Positions 9,468 through 21,400 of a DNA stretch of 64,000 nt are shown here, piece after piece. The DNA is from Epithemia pelagica (lineage: Eukaryota; Protista; Bacillariophyta): NCBI GenBank assembly GCA_946965045.2, contig OX337237.1, forward strand, positions 1,302,001 to 1,366,000, read 5' to 3'. Below the pieces are notes generated by a model. The model ran no database searches. It was not told where the DNA came from and was given only the letters and a program-made list of their open reading frames with translations. Position numbers and translations under genes: made by a program. Position 1 is the first letter of the stretch. The number at the start of each line of letters is the position of its first letter.

Positions 9468-10895
9468 ATGGCAGCCGCCAATCCCATGCAACTGCTCAAC
9501 GTCTACATGGACGTTGTATTGGGGATTACTGATCCAGCAGTTCGTACTGCAATCAACGGGCAAGGTCTAACCTCCGTCTATGATTTTGAGGCTCTTAGCG
9601 AAGCAGATGTCGCTGAAATTTGTACCAATGCCCGTAAACCAGGTGGCCTCATCCCGAACCCAGATCCAGCTGGTGTGCCAGCAATGATTGCTAATCCAGG
9701 AGTGCTCATTGGACACCTGGTCGAGAAGAAACTGAAGATGCTTCGTTATTATATCGTGCATATCGGGAAAATAAACCGCACCTTCGCTGCGGTTCCGCCA
9801 ACGATGAACGACCTGACTCTACTCTATCGATTCAAGGAAGCTGAAGACGAATACGATAATGATGTCGAACTACCTGGGAAACTCACCAGTGTAGACAATA
9901 TTCGAGTTGTCCTAGAGGATTTGGACAATTACTTCGAACGCAAACGTGGAGTGAGTGGCATTCCACTTGCCGCATATGTACGAGCAAATCCTGTTGTCGA
10001 ACCAGAAGCAACTGATCCGAATGGCTTTGGAACACCAACTATTCTCTCCGAGATGATTCGTCGAGCTTCACATGAAGGCCCAACAGCTACAACGGACATG
10101 GTTGCTGTATGGGAGACGATCCGCCATGTTACACATGATGGCCCTGGCTGGGGTTGGGTGATGTCTTTTGCACGCACCCGCAATGGACGAGCCGCTTATT
10201 TAGCTCTCAAATCCCACTATCTCGGTGATGCCTTTCAGTCACGTCTTCGGGCTAAGGCTGATCAAATCCTTGAGAGCACCTATTATGATGGGTCCAAGCG
10301 TAACTACACCTACGAGCGTTACATCGAAACTCTCCAACGAGCATTTACGGATCTCGAATCAACAGGAGAGACCGTAAGCGAAGAGCGAAAGGTGAGAATC
10401 CTGATGACAGGAACTTCTGACTCTCGCCTTGAGAGTGCCAAGAATCAAATCCTGGCAACACCATTTCTGCGCTCTACCTTTGAGAATGCGTCAAATTTCC
10501 TTGCGGAAGTCCTTGATAGCAAGGTTTCCTATAGCGCAGCAAGTCGGAAACAAGCAAGAATCTCTGGTGTATCTACTTCCACGCCCAACAAAGGTGGTGG
10601 AAAGAATAATAAGAAAAATGAAAACAAGAAAGAGAAAGAAATAACAGACCGCTATTATAAACCCAACGAATGGGCTAAGCTCAGTGGCGAGGAACGTCAA
10701 CGAGTACGCGACGCCAGAGAAAAGCGTGATAAACGAAGAGGAGTTGGGGCTATTTCCAGCAAGCCCAACAAGAAGCCTCGTCAAAATGACGGAGACGAAA
10801 CACCCGACATTACGGATGAATCGTCTGAGAGCCACGATAACGACACAAAGGGTGTCGGCGCTATCATGAGCCAACGTAAAAGGAGAAGCGTTTGA
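9468..10895 (+). CDS. gag: Gag (copy 1)
   Basis: Identical to 29819-31246. Copia-type Gag, G.PLAAYVR, YDGSKRNYTYERY and YYKPNEWAKLS motifs. Confidence 0.85.
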   Translation: MAAANPMQLLNVYMDVVLGITDPAVRTAINGQGLTSVYDFEALSEADVAEICTNARKPGGLIPNPDPAGVPAMIANPGVLIGHLVEKKLKMLRYYIVHIGKINRTFAAVPPTMNDLTLLYRFKEAEDEYDNDVELPGKLTSVDNIRVVLEDLDNYFERKRGVSGIPLAAYVRANPVVEPEATDPNGFGTPTILSEMIRRASHEGPTATTDMVAVWETIRHVTHDGPGWGWVMSFARTRNGRAAYLALKSHYLGDAFQSRLRAKADQILESTYYDGSKRNYTYERYIETLQRAFTDLESTGETVSEERKVRILMTGTSDSRLESAKNQILATPFLRSTFENASNFLAEVLDSKVSYSAASRKQARISGVSTSTPNKGGGKNNKKNENKKEKEITDRYYKPNEWAKLSGEERQRVRDAREKRDKRRGVGAISSKPNKKPRQNDGDETPDITDESSESHDNDTKGVGAIMSQRKRRSV

Positions 10896-10901
10896 CACAG
10901 T

Positions 10902-12911
10902 GTGATGTCTGCGACAACTTCTCGTGAGATCTCAGTTCCCCTAATCAGGTGTGAGCTCGACAGTCATGCGGATACATGCTGTCTGGGATCTGAATGCTAT
11001 GTTCTGTATCAAACAGATACGGCTGATGTCAGTGGTTTTGTTGAGAGTCTTGGCAAGATTAAAGAGGCCGGTGTAATTACTGGTGTATTAGCATATGACG
11101 ACCAGGAAACAGGCCAAACGTTCCTTCTTTATTTTCATCAAGCTCTACATCTACCACAATTAAAAGACAAATGCCTCCTTAATCCGAATCAAATGAGGGA
11201 GGCCGGTATTGAAGTCAACGATGTGCCGTTGAAATACTTGAAAGCAGGGGACCGAACCCAACGATCCCACAGTATCATTGCAAGGGACAACGAACTGGGC
11301 GAATTGCGCATTCCACTCGATCTTGTTGGCGTTCTAAGCCAATTCTGTACGCGCAAGCCCACGAAAGAAGAGATTGAAACAATAGATCCTTCTTGCCGAA
11401 TCGACATGACAAATGAAAGACCCGAGTGGCAGCCGAATGACTCAACACCTGACGTTGATGAAAGGGCACTCCGGGATTCAGTACAAGTGAACGCCTCAGA
11501 AGAAAAGCGTGAGCGGACGATCAACCTTGCAATGACAAAGACACTACGAGTGAATAATCGCGCCATTCATGTCCACGTATCAGATATTGGACATAGGCGA
11601 AAGGGGACAATACGTCCAGATGAATTGGCACAACGATGGAGTATTGGACTTCCTAGCGCTGAGCGGACATTCCAGCAGACGACACAGTTGGGTGTCCGAG
11701 AGTTTACTGATCAAGGGGGGAGTCGCCGTTTGAAACATACGGCATACCAACTGCGGCATCGCCGACTGAGGGCAGATGTGTATACCGATACACTGTTTTC
11801 TGAGACGAAATCACTGGATCAACATACATGCGGGCAGATTTTTGCCACCGACTTTGGCTGGGTCCATTTCGTCCCTATGCGAAAGAAAAGCGACGCTCCG
11901 ACAACGTTACCATCTGTCTTCGACAGTTACGGCATTTTCAATCATATCATCCCTGACAACGCGCCAGAATTAACCTCGCAAGAATTTCGGAAGGTAGCTC
12001 ACAAATACGGATGCCGCATTAAACCTGTGGAAGCCTGGACTCCAAACCAAAACCTGGCTGAGGCCAATATCAGAGAATTGAAGCGCCTCTACCGACGAGA
12101 AATGAGGCGTAGTAACGCACCAGCTGTATTGTGGGACCATTGTCTCATGCTAATGGCGGAACGACGCTCCCACACGAGTTTTGGAAGCAATGTGAATGGG
12201 CCGCCCATTCAACAACTCACTGGCGATACGCCAGATATTTCCCACCTCGTTGAACATCGATGGTTCGATTTTGTTTGGTATAGTAACCCTGGCTTTGAGG
12301 GTCGCAAATTGGGCCGCTGGCTGGGACCGAGTCATACCGTCGGTCAGGCAATGTGCGCCAAAGTCTTAACTGACAAAGGAAAGATAGTTCATCGAACCTC
12401 CGTATGGCCAATCCACCGAGAATCACAAATGGACGACGCTCACAAAGCTCAGCAGGCTTTATATATGGAAAACCTGAAAGCTGCCCTTGGGAATAGAATG
12501 GCCGGTATCCCCATTGCTGATGAAGATGATAATGAGGCTGACACGCCTACTTTTGAGGCCTACGAAGATGACGAACAACCAGATGTTCGGATGCCAGAAG
12601 CCGATGCCTATGCACCCGATGCATACGATAAACTCATTTCTGCTAAAGTTATGCTGCCTCTTGGCGACGATCAACGAAAGGGGACGGTTAGAAGAAGGAA
12701 ACGAGACGCAGAGGGTCGGGTCGTCGGACATGCCTCAACGAATCCCTATCTGGATACGACCCTCTATGAAGTTGAATTCGACGATGGGCATGTACAGTCA
12801 TATGCGGCAAATCTTATTGCCGAAAATATTTACGAGCAACTCGATGATGAGGGCAATTTGTATCGTATGGTGGAGGAAATCACCGATCACAAAGCTGACA
12901 AGACAGCTGTG
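10902..12911 (+). pseudogene. pol: Truncated pol (protease + integrase, cut inside the chromo-like domain)
   Basis: ELDSHADTCC protease and DDE integrase motifs. Sequence diverges from the full copy after ...DKTAV. Confidence 0.9.
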
Positions 12912-12932
12912 TCCTATTGTCCCATGTCCGTG

Positions 12933-13189
12933 TCATGTTCGAGTCAACTCCTCTGGATGATTGCATAAATCCATAATGGTATCATTCTTCATTTCGGCAC
13001 ACTGCGACTTACGGATGGTGGGGTTCGCGCCGTTCTCGGCTTGGTTTGCGAATTTATTTTCCTTCCATGCTTTCAACACTTTAACATTGTTTCTGCTATA
13101 AGAGTTTTCAAAAGGATCACTTCGAAACACGAATAAATTCCAGGGTTTTCATGTTCGAGTCAACCTCTCTGGATGATTACATCAATCCA
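12933..13189 (+). repeat. Pair of imperfect ~41-bp direct repeats
   Basis: TCATGTTCGAGTCAACTCCTCTGGATGATTGCATAAATCCA (12933-12973) vs TCATGTTCGAGTCAACCTCTCTGGATGATTACATCAATCCA (13149-13189). Confidence 0.8.
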
Positions 13190-13221
13190 CAATTAACGTT
13201 TATGTCGTGCTATTTTATAAA

Positions 13222-14372
13222 CCCTCGGTATAGGTGACCACCTATTAGTCGTATGTACGTCGTCCGCAAACTGTCCCCCCAATGGAGATTTTTTTCTCGA
13301 TTCATATCCTATTTTCCATAAAAAATCAGAAAGGACACGCCGGCATTTCCTTGTCACATTTCAAATCAGTTTGAACGGCCCAGCGTGCATGACGGTTGCC
13401 GTTGGTGGTTGGTGTTGGTGCACGACACTCATAAAACAAACAAACCTCCAGTACAGCGGCCATGTCCATGGCAATTCTTTCAATGGCATGATTTTTCAGC
13501 TTCCATGCTACCCAGGTACGTCAAGAAAGACAGTGCTGCGATTGGGCTAAGAACAAGCATCTCAATAGTCCCTCCCTGTTGTTTTTGTTCGCATACACCC
13601 CTTGAGCCCCATTTTCTGGACTCGTTGCGACGTCTCACTTTTCACCAGTCCAATTTTGCTTGTAGTCTTTATGATTGATTCATTTGTAGCCCTTATACTC
13701 TGATACTAGTCTAGGTAGAATTCCTGTTCTATATTTTATCATAGGGGTAAATATGAAGGTCAATGGTGGTGTCCTGCTCGACCAGGGATTCTCTTGTCTT
13801 TATTCTTCTCCTTCTCCTCGTCTTCACCTTGAAGAAGATACAGCAAACACTAAGAATTTGTCTCAGCGACCATTAGCCTAGAAAGAAAGTGGTGACAATC
13901 AGCCTCATGATGTAGTACTACTCCTACTCGTAAGAGTAAGAAGAAGAAACCAAATCGTCCCCAACCAAGAAGACAACTCGAACCATGGATGTGACAAGCC
14001 CTACAATCAGAATATGGGCGAAAACACTACCAATCTATAAATCCTAAGAAGAAACAGAAGGCACAAACAACAACTGAAGGAAAGACGCGCTCTGTCTACA
14101 GTCTATAATGATTCGTCCGTGGTTCATGTGCCATGGCCGATGGTCTTACCGGTACCGTGAAAGGGCCCTTCAGATTTTGCTCGCATGGTTTTTATGAGCT
14201 GTCGCTCGCGAGCGTCTGGAATTTGAATCGTCGCCCGCCAACCTTCAACTGTCACTTGCACGCCGGCCATTCTACATGACGATTTGCTTTTGGGAGATTT
14301 TATGGGGGAGAAGGACAGAGTTCTGTGCGGACGACGTACGTACGGTTTATAGGTGGTCACCGATACAGAGCC
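13222..14372. mobile_element. Non-autonomous TIR element (MITE-like, ~1.15 kb; possibly a decayed piggyBac-type)
   Basis: Imperfect ~45-bp TIRs: CTCGGTATAGGTGACCACCTATTAGTCGTATGTACGTCGTCCGCA at the left, and the reverse complement CTCTGTATCGGTGACCACCTATAAACCGTACGTACGTCGTCCGCA at the right. Flanks are TAAA/TTTA. No long ORF. Confidence 0.75.
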
Positions 14373-14489
14373 TTTACTTCTTTTTTAGGGGAATTTGATT
14401 AGCCACTTCTACAGGGGACTCAATTATGGGAATCAGGGGCCAAAGCGTCCTGTTTTCCGAAGACAGGTTTTTTTTTTCAATTTTATTGC

Positions 14490-15435
14490 GACGTTTTCAC
14501 TTCATTCAGGGGACGGTCATGGAGAAAGCCTTTGGTTTCATTGATGCTGCAAGTATGAATAATGCAGATGCAATCAGCGTCTTATTTTTTGGATATGTGG
14601 TCGGCACGTTTTTATATCCGACTCTTGCAAAACGGGAAATCAGAATACCAACTACTTACAAATTCGCTCTTGGTTCAGGACTTGGAGCAATCGCTATTGG
14701 GTGGGCTTTATTTATGGAATATAAGATACGGGCTACTTTCGAGGCCACTGGAGAAAAAGTTAATATACTATGGCAGTCCGTTTCATATATTTTCATTGGT
14801 TGTGGCGAAATTTTTGCTGTATCTGCCGCATATGAAGTAGCCTTTACTGCATCACCGCCAGAAGCAAAGGTGCTTGCCAGCGCTGTAAATCTCTTTGTAT
14901 TGGAGGAATTCCCAACGTTTTGTGTATCTTTCTATATCAAGCTTCAAAAGGCTGGTTTCGTAGCATTTCGGGAAGTACAAGTATTTATCGCCTTGAGGAA
15001 TATGTGACAGCTCGAATAGAGAACTATTTTTTTGTTCTTTTGTTGATTGCGTTACTTGGGGTTGCCGTCAATCTTCTTCCGTGTGTTCGGGACTTTGTGG
15101 CATCTATTGAAGAAAGGGCTAGTGATATGGTGAAGACGCCGGTAATGCGAAAGTCACCAAGATATCGAAGAAATCTGTCTCGTGACAACACTTCTGAGGA
15201 TGAGGAATCACCATTGCTGAGAGTTAAGCGGCACCAGGCATATCTCAAGTATGGTAGTGAGCCTGTGTTGTACAAACACGGCTCAATGCGAGCAGGACCT
15301 TCTTTAGGACAGACATCGATGAATCAAAAACACTTGAAAAAGAATATAATAGGGAAACTCTACAAAACTGGGGAAATTCCAAGAGTCGTTGTGAGCTCTG
15401 ATGACCGCGGGTTATGTCTACAAAAGAAAAGATAG
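14490..15435 (+). pseudogene. 3' fragment of POT/PTR (proton-dependent oligopeptide/NPF) transporter, frameshifted
   Basis: FIQGTVM, YKFALGSGLGAIA, WQSVSYIFIGCGEIFAVSAAYEVAFTASP and NYFFVLLLIALLG are POT C-half motifs. A 1-bp deletion at ~14894-14897 joins ORFs 14426-15007 and 14920-15435 (NLFCIGGIPNVLCIF). The N-half is missing. Confidence 0.75.
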
Positions 15436-15464
15436 TATCTAGTAATGATAATGTCTATAAGCCA

Positions 15465-15866
15465 TTAGAATTGAAAGAGAGATGTCAAGATGGTGGAAGG
15501 CGACTTGAGTAGAAGGCCGTGTTGGTTCTCGTACACGAAAAGCTCATTTCGTTTTTCCATCTCACGAATACGTTGGATATCTGCTTCAAGAACCTCTTGT
15601 TCATGATGCATCAAAATGACGCTTCCAATTCCAGTAAATAAATCAATAGTATAATCCACCTTAGAGCCAGGCTTGACTCCCGTTTCCAAATAGACAAAGG
15701 ATTGAAGATTCTTTATTTCCTCAAACCCAGGAGTCGCTTTCACAACACCTCGTGAGTATGAGACTAAAATTATTTCTTGCCCGTGAGCTTTGAATGGACT
15801 CGCAGGAACTTCAGGCAGTCTTTCAAATTCTCGCTTGTCCAAAAATGCATCAACAGTTGCCTACTC
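15465..15866 (-). pseudogene. 3' fragment of ATP-grasp (amino-acid ligase/carnosine synthase-like) enzyme
   Basis: ATVDAFLD...G.KV.YTIDLFTGIGSVILMH...LEADIQRIREME resembles the C-terminal domain of ATP-grasp ligases. No upstream ATP-grasp core in the window. Confidence 0.6.
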
Positions 15867-16158
15867 CATCGCTACCACTCCAAACAGTTCAACATGCTCC
15901 AACCGGGGTTGCGGAGGCGGCTGAAGCTGCGGTGGCATCGACGAGCGTCGAAGTAGAGGAAATGATTGTAGAAGAAGAGGATGCAACACCTTTCACGCAC
16001 CCGCCGATTCGATTTGATTCGATTTTTTACATTTTTAGAGCAGTGCGCAGATCTAGAGCTGTAAAAATAAGTACACCCTTCTTTTTTATGAATATAGATC
16101 CTCCCAAGCATAGGGGATCCCCCTAAGCCAACACAGCCACACATAGTTCTGCCAGTCC

Positions 16159-17943
16159 TCAGCCCCGGTTCGACGGGTGGCTCCACGGCAGGTCTTGTAG
16201 GCAAGAAATGTCATTTAGGGTTCGGGCTTTGACATCAATACTCCATTCTTTGGATAAACTCCTTGTCGTTCTGCAATCATGCTTCCCACAGAAACCCCTC
16301 ACCTTGTCTGCAGCCACTGTTGTCGGACTGAGGTACCACATTTCAATCGAATCAAAGTAGTCATCCAATTTTGCTCCTCTGCACAAGCCTTCAAATGAAT
16401 CAACAGTATTTTCATGATCGCTCACATGAACCTGTACACCAATTAGACGGGTTGTTCCCATGTACCACAAAATGTCAACAGCCGGGAAGTTGGGATCAGT
16501 TGGGACCATTACCCCACCCAATCCAACGAACTTGGAAGAGCCAGGAAGTGTCTTCCCTGAAAACCGTTTCGCATTGGAAGGGATTGTCGCTTGTTGAACC
16601 GATTCATCATCATTCACAGGGACATCAAACTGCCCCTTCATGCAACGTCGGATGACAATCAACTCGAAGTGACGGCCCCGAGACCCTTGGTCAACATCGG
16701 GGTTCTTGCAAACTTGCAGAAGTTCTTCCTCGTGTTTTTCGATGTGGGCCATGACATCATCCCAGAATTTTTCCATGTACACTTCCTCTACTAATGGGAA
16801 CAACGGCTTGTAGCAGTGTTTACGACCAACTGGATTGTCCACAAAGTACTTCCTGTCGAAGATGGGTGTGGTAGTTGGGCTCTTCAAGAGAGTTTGGATG
16901 ATTCCTGCAAGGAAATCAGGATAATGCCCGTCTTGTAGTTGTTCCATAAGTTTTTCTGCAGAGTTTACAATTGAATCGAACTGGGCCCGCATGTAGTGGT
17001 CTTCATTACTTTTGGCTTCCACAATTAGTCGATACATCTGCAAAGGAATTGCACCAGTCTCCTCCAGGGCCTTTGCCATCTCTCTCTGCGGAAAATGGGG
17101 GAACAATATCGTGGCTTCATCCACCTCCAATCTGATTTTGTGGTGAAAGTCTCTAAAGCCTTCATGGCCCTCCCGGTGGGAGATTTCGTTATTTGCTGAG
17201 GCACATATGATGGACATGATGCGTTTGGGCGTCATTAAACGGCCCATGAGGTTGTATGGGAAAGGTAGCTTGTGAACATCCTTGATTTGGTTGTAGTCTG
17301 GCCGCCCAAATATAGCATTTACTTCATCGAAAATGAAAATCCATTTGATGTTCCGTTTTTGGAGCATCTGATCAACAATACCAAGAAGACGAAGAGTCCA
17401 GGCTTCAGTGGTCATTGCATTGGCAATCTGAATTTGATCCGCCAGGTCCAGGGTGATACCGAACGAGGCAAAAACCACTTCCACGAAATCATCAATGCTT
17501 CCCCAGTCGTTGCAGTCTGGGAAGAACGTCACATGGTATTTGGGGCAGCTTTGAAGAAGCATGCAGAGGTTGACCAACGTGTGAGACTTCCCAATCCCTT
17601 GCGGTCCCTTCACCATGATCCCTGGTTTAAATGGTTTGCCAAAACAACTCTCAATGTCGTTTAGAAGTGTGCGGGTGATAACGGGGCGATACAACAAGCC
17701 CTTATCACTATCACTGAACCTCTCTGTGCGGAGCGAACGAGCCCAGTATGGCCGAGAGTGATCATTGGGAATGCGATAGATTCTGGCTTGTTCCGGATTA
17801 TCAGTAGCCGCGCCAGTATCGGCTTCACTCATAGTTGCATCGACCCCATCGTCCCCAGGTGATGGCGTCGGGTAGAGAGCTTCTACAGCCGCTGGCAGTC
17901 TGGCTTGGATGATTGCGGCTGCAGCGATTACAGGGTCCTCCAT
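16159..17943 (-). CDS. Crinkler/RHS-type P-loop NTPase + PD-(D/E)xK restriction-endonuclease-fold protein
   Basis: Walker A KGPQGIGKS, Walker B WIFIFDE, and C-terminal GRHFELIV...PTDPNFPAVDILW...LIGVQVHVSDH typical of CR-REase domains. Intact 594-aa ORF. Confidence 0.75.
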   Translation of the reverse strand: MEDPVIAAAAIIQARLPAAVEALYPTPSPGDDGVDATMSEADTGAATDNPEQARIYRIPNDHSRPYWARSLRTERFSDSDKGLLYRPVITRTLLNDIESCFGKPFKPGIMVKGPQGIGKSHTLVNLCMLLQSCPKYHVTFFPDCNDWGSIDDFVEVVFASFGITLDLADQIQIANAMTTEAWTLRLLGIVDQMLQKRNIKWIFIFDEVNAIFGRPDYNQIKDVHKLPFPYNLMGRLMTPKRIMSIICASANNEISHREGHEGFRDFHHKIRLEVDEATILFPHFPQREMAKALEETGAIPLQMYRLIVEAKSNEDHYMRAQFDSIVNSAEKLMEQLQDGHYPDFLAGIIQTLLKSPTTTPIFDRKYFVDNPVGRKHCYKPLFPLVEEVYMEKFWDDVMAHIEKHEEELLQVCKNPDVDQGSRGRHFELIVIRRCMKGQFDVPVNDDESVQQATIPSNAKRFSGKTLPGSSKFVGLGGVMVPTDPNFPAVDILWYMGTTRLIGVQVHVSDHENTVDSFEGLCRGAKLDDYFDSIEMWYLSPTTVAADKVRGFCGKHDCRTTRSLSKEWSIDVKARTLNDISCLQDLPWSHPSNRG

Positions 17944-18428
17944 TTCCGAGAACTAGAGGGGTTTGCTACAAATAGTACTGTTGCGGCTCCGTCGCGGCAC
18001 ATGCGTTCTCGACTCGAGACAGTAATACCTGTGTCGTTGGCTGGTTTCTTGATGGAATCGGACTATTGATTCTCTTTGTTGCTTGTAGCGGTTGTGTGTG
18101 ATGTAGTGAGGAATTCGTACAGGGGTGTTAGTTTCAAAAGGCAGCAATATGATTGGGTTAGAAATGTCGTTTCATAAAAAATCACTTAGGAAACAAATGT
18201 CGTTACAAGTGTCTTACCGTGTCCCGGGAACCCATCGAATCACGGACAAAAAACATGGAGGGAAGATTCCATCAGCCGATCCGGTCGGTCCTTCACGGTC
18301 GCCCATGGCATGGCCAAGTCGACCATTGCGACAAGTCCTCTTCTGACCATCTCATGACCCTTTTGAGCATGGTCAGAAGCCTGGAAAAGAGGATACACTT
18401 CAATAAGTTAGAATAACAAATAGAGATC

Positions 18429-21400
18429 ATGAGTTCTGCAGCACAATTCACAGCGGCCAAGGCCATGGGGCCACAGTCGCAACGATACGGAAATCAGTAC
18501 TCTCGTTGGCCAAAGAAGAGTTGGAAGAAGCGTTCAGGTTGGAGAAAGATGGACCTTTCGGTCATCTTTGAGTCCGACATTGACTGCCCCATCTGCAGGG
18601 CCAAGGCAAGAGGAATGGCCATCCCTCATCGCCCTCACCACCCCAGATGCAGCAAAAACACAACAACAAGGGGCAAGGGAATGAACGATGGAAGAGGAGC
18701 AGAGGTAGTGGCCTCAGAAAAGGCCCAGGCTGCCCATGCCAAAGCAATCCGCAAGCAACTTACCAGTGCAGAGAGATTGTCCGCCTCCAATGTCACACAG
18801 GAGGCACTCAACACTTTCATGGAGCATCGTCCAAATTGCTCGTCGAAAAAAGCAACGACAAGAGACGCTGAAAATGAAAAAACACAATCAACTACGGAGA
18901 CTACGGCAACGGAAAGTTCTACCGTTGGTGGCGAGGAAGGCGTGTATGTTCCAACAGCCGAAGATTTCAAGTTTGAGGTAATTATGCGTGTGACAGCAGT
19001 ACCTACGGAGGTGCATGTCCCACGTGCTGTGCATGCGTTGGCGAGTTATGTGACCGACACGTGCCTTGGTTCTAAGCGTTGTGTTGAGAATTTGAAACCT
19101 TTCTTCACTAATATTACCGTTACTGTACCCCCCATTGCCGACAACACGAGTGCTTTGTACGACTCGATTGTGGGACAGGAACTCCTGGTTGTTGATTGGG
19201 AGCTGTTTTTCCCCAGTCACCACTTGCGTTGTCCTCGTTGCCGGGGTAATCTCCAGCGTACGCGATCGAACTTTTAAAAAACAAGTCCCTTTTCCCCATT
19301 TTCGCCATGTCTGGTCCCCCAAAGTATGCAATACTTATGGGATACAAGTGTGCCGGGTGCTCGGCTGCCTTCTATGCGAATGATGGAGAATTGCTCGCAC
19401 GACTGCCTCCCTACATGGCTATGTGTTACCCAGTGGAATCCAAGTATGCTAGAGGAACATCGCATCTAGCTAAAGATGCTACGAGGATTATGGAAGCATC
19501 AATGGTAACCTATGGCAATGGGGATTACATCAGTCGGATGCTATATGAAGGAATCAACACCTACTATGAAGACAAGACAATGAGATACTATTCTTATTGT
19601 GCTGCTACAGGAAAAGAATCAGAAGACTACGTGCAAAAGGATGGTGAGTTTCTGGTTCGCTACCCACCTTTAGGCGAGACAATCCGCCAGCTATATGATG
19701 ATGGAGCTAGCTCCGAATGGCAACCCTGGATGGTGTCGGACAATGAGAGAAACACAAGAGAGATTCAAGGGGTTAGATGCCAGCACATGTTTGCTCACGA
19801 CCACACCCACCAGGTAGTGAAAAATTATCCAAGACGCCTCAATGCAGCTGCAATGTGGACCATGGCAACAGAGGCAGGAGAAATTGCTTGTGCAGTGTTA
19901 GTGCACGACACATCAGCACTCGAGTTTGCACATGCTGCGGAACAAGTGCTGAGACGTACCGGGTTTTGCCCCAAGGTCATGTACTCTGACACATGGCCTT
20001 GTGGCAAGGATTTTTGGTTGTTGTTGGTTGATGACTTGGAGGGCCGTCTTGGCCTTTTCCATTTCATACAGAGGATCACCAAGACGCTCAGACAACGGCA
20101 CATTGACTTTGGGATAGCCATGAAGGATTTGTTGGATGCAATCTACGAGTACCATCCTGAAGACTTGGAGAAACTTGTTGGTTCTTTGAAAAATGGAACC
20201 ATGTCAAGCTCCAAGAAACAATACACAGACGAAGAGATCAGTGAAATGATGGGAACAAAGACCTTTCGACAGAGGTACTCAAAGAACTTACGGAAGATTA
20301 TTCGGGGTGGCGATACCATTGTCCTCAAGTTGGAGGAGTGGAAGTGCAAATACAAGTGCACTTCCACTCCTGGCAAGCCACCAGCACAAGGCCGATTGGA
20401 TCCACACTCCAATCAACCTCTTTTTACGGCCGAAACACATCAAGCACTGGAAAACTGTAAAGAGAAGGCAAAGTTCCTTGCTGATCCCTTGCCCGTGGAG
20501 AAAATGTATCGTGAGATACCTCCATCACCAAGATCAAGCAACCAGCTGGTGGAGTACGTACCTTTGAGAGGAGAGAGTAAGCTCGAGAGCTTTCATGACA
20601 ATTTGACGCATTTTGCCAACTGTGGCATGCGAGAAACTCTCGCAGATGCTTTGAATTTGGCAGGCACGGCCCAGTATAACAGGGCAATTCGTCACAAGAT
20701 GAGAATCATGACGAAGTCTCAAGAAGAACGTTCAGTGGTGCCTGCAGGATGGGAAATGGTGGTGAGTTTTGGTAACGCATGCAAAACAAACATGATCAAT
20801 ATACTTGCCTCGATGTCTGGAGCTTCTCGTCCTCCCTTTCCAGAGGTTGAGAAGCTTCCAGAAGATACGGGAGAACGGTTTTTCTCCGAGTACCTGGAAA
20901 CGAGAAAAGAAATCACGCAACAAGTTCCAAAGCATCCACTCAACGATCGATGCCAGTGCCGAAAATGTGCGAGCAACAAGAAGAGGTTGCCGCATGACAC
21001 GTCCATTCCATTGTTGGGTTTGGCAGAGGAGGAGTCAGAGGTCGAAGATGAAATCCAACAACAGGACAGCGAGGAGAATCCAGCCAAAATACAACAACCA
21101 CAGACACAGCCAGAAACACAACAACAGACACGGCAAGAAACACAACAACAGACACAACAACAAGAAACAGCACAAGCACAGGCAATCAGTAGCAATAAGA
21201 GAAAGGAAAGAGAGGGAGAAGAAAAAGAGAGCGACGATTTGGATGAGAACAACACCAGCAACAAAAAGCAAAAGGTTACAAACAACAGCGAAGCCTTACC
21301 AACAACAACGATGGCAGCAACAAATCAATCAGCAGCGACAGTGCAGGATCAACAACAACAACACAAAGAGCCTCAAAATGCAGCAAACAGCACACCTGCA

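Larger units (their letters stand above)
1..12911 (+). repeat. Copy 1 of a segmental/tandem duplication (period 20,351 bp; matches 20352-33262)
   Basis: All ORFs in 45-12911 recur at an offset of exactly +20,351 (1409/21760, 2856/23207, 4301/24652, 9468/29819, 10902/31253). Identity ends after ...GACAAGACAGCTGTG (12911/33262). The left boundary lies outside the window. Confidence 0.97.
8914..12911 (+). mobile_element. 3'-truncated Ty1/copia (CoDi-like) LTR retrotransposon
   Basis: 5' LTR 8914-9027, gag 9468-10895, pol from 10902 broken at 12911 (protease and integrase present; RT, RNase H and 3' LTR absent). Same as the first 4 kb of the element at 29265. Confidence 0.95.

Noticed and set aside
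19269-19282. Programmed -1 ribosomal frameshift in the MULE-like gene
   Set aside because: No X_XXY_YYZ heptamer in the correct phase before the TAA. A 1-bp deletion (TCA to TA) explains it more simply.
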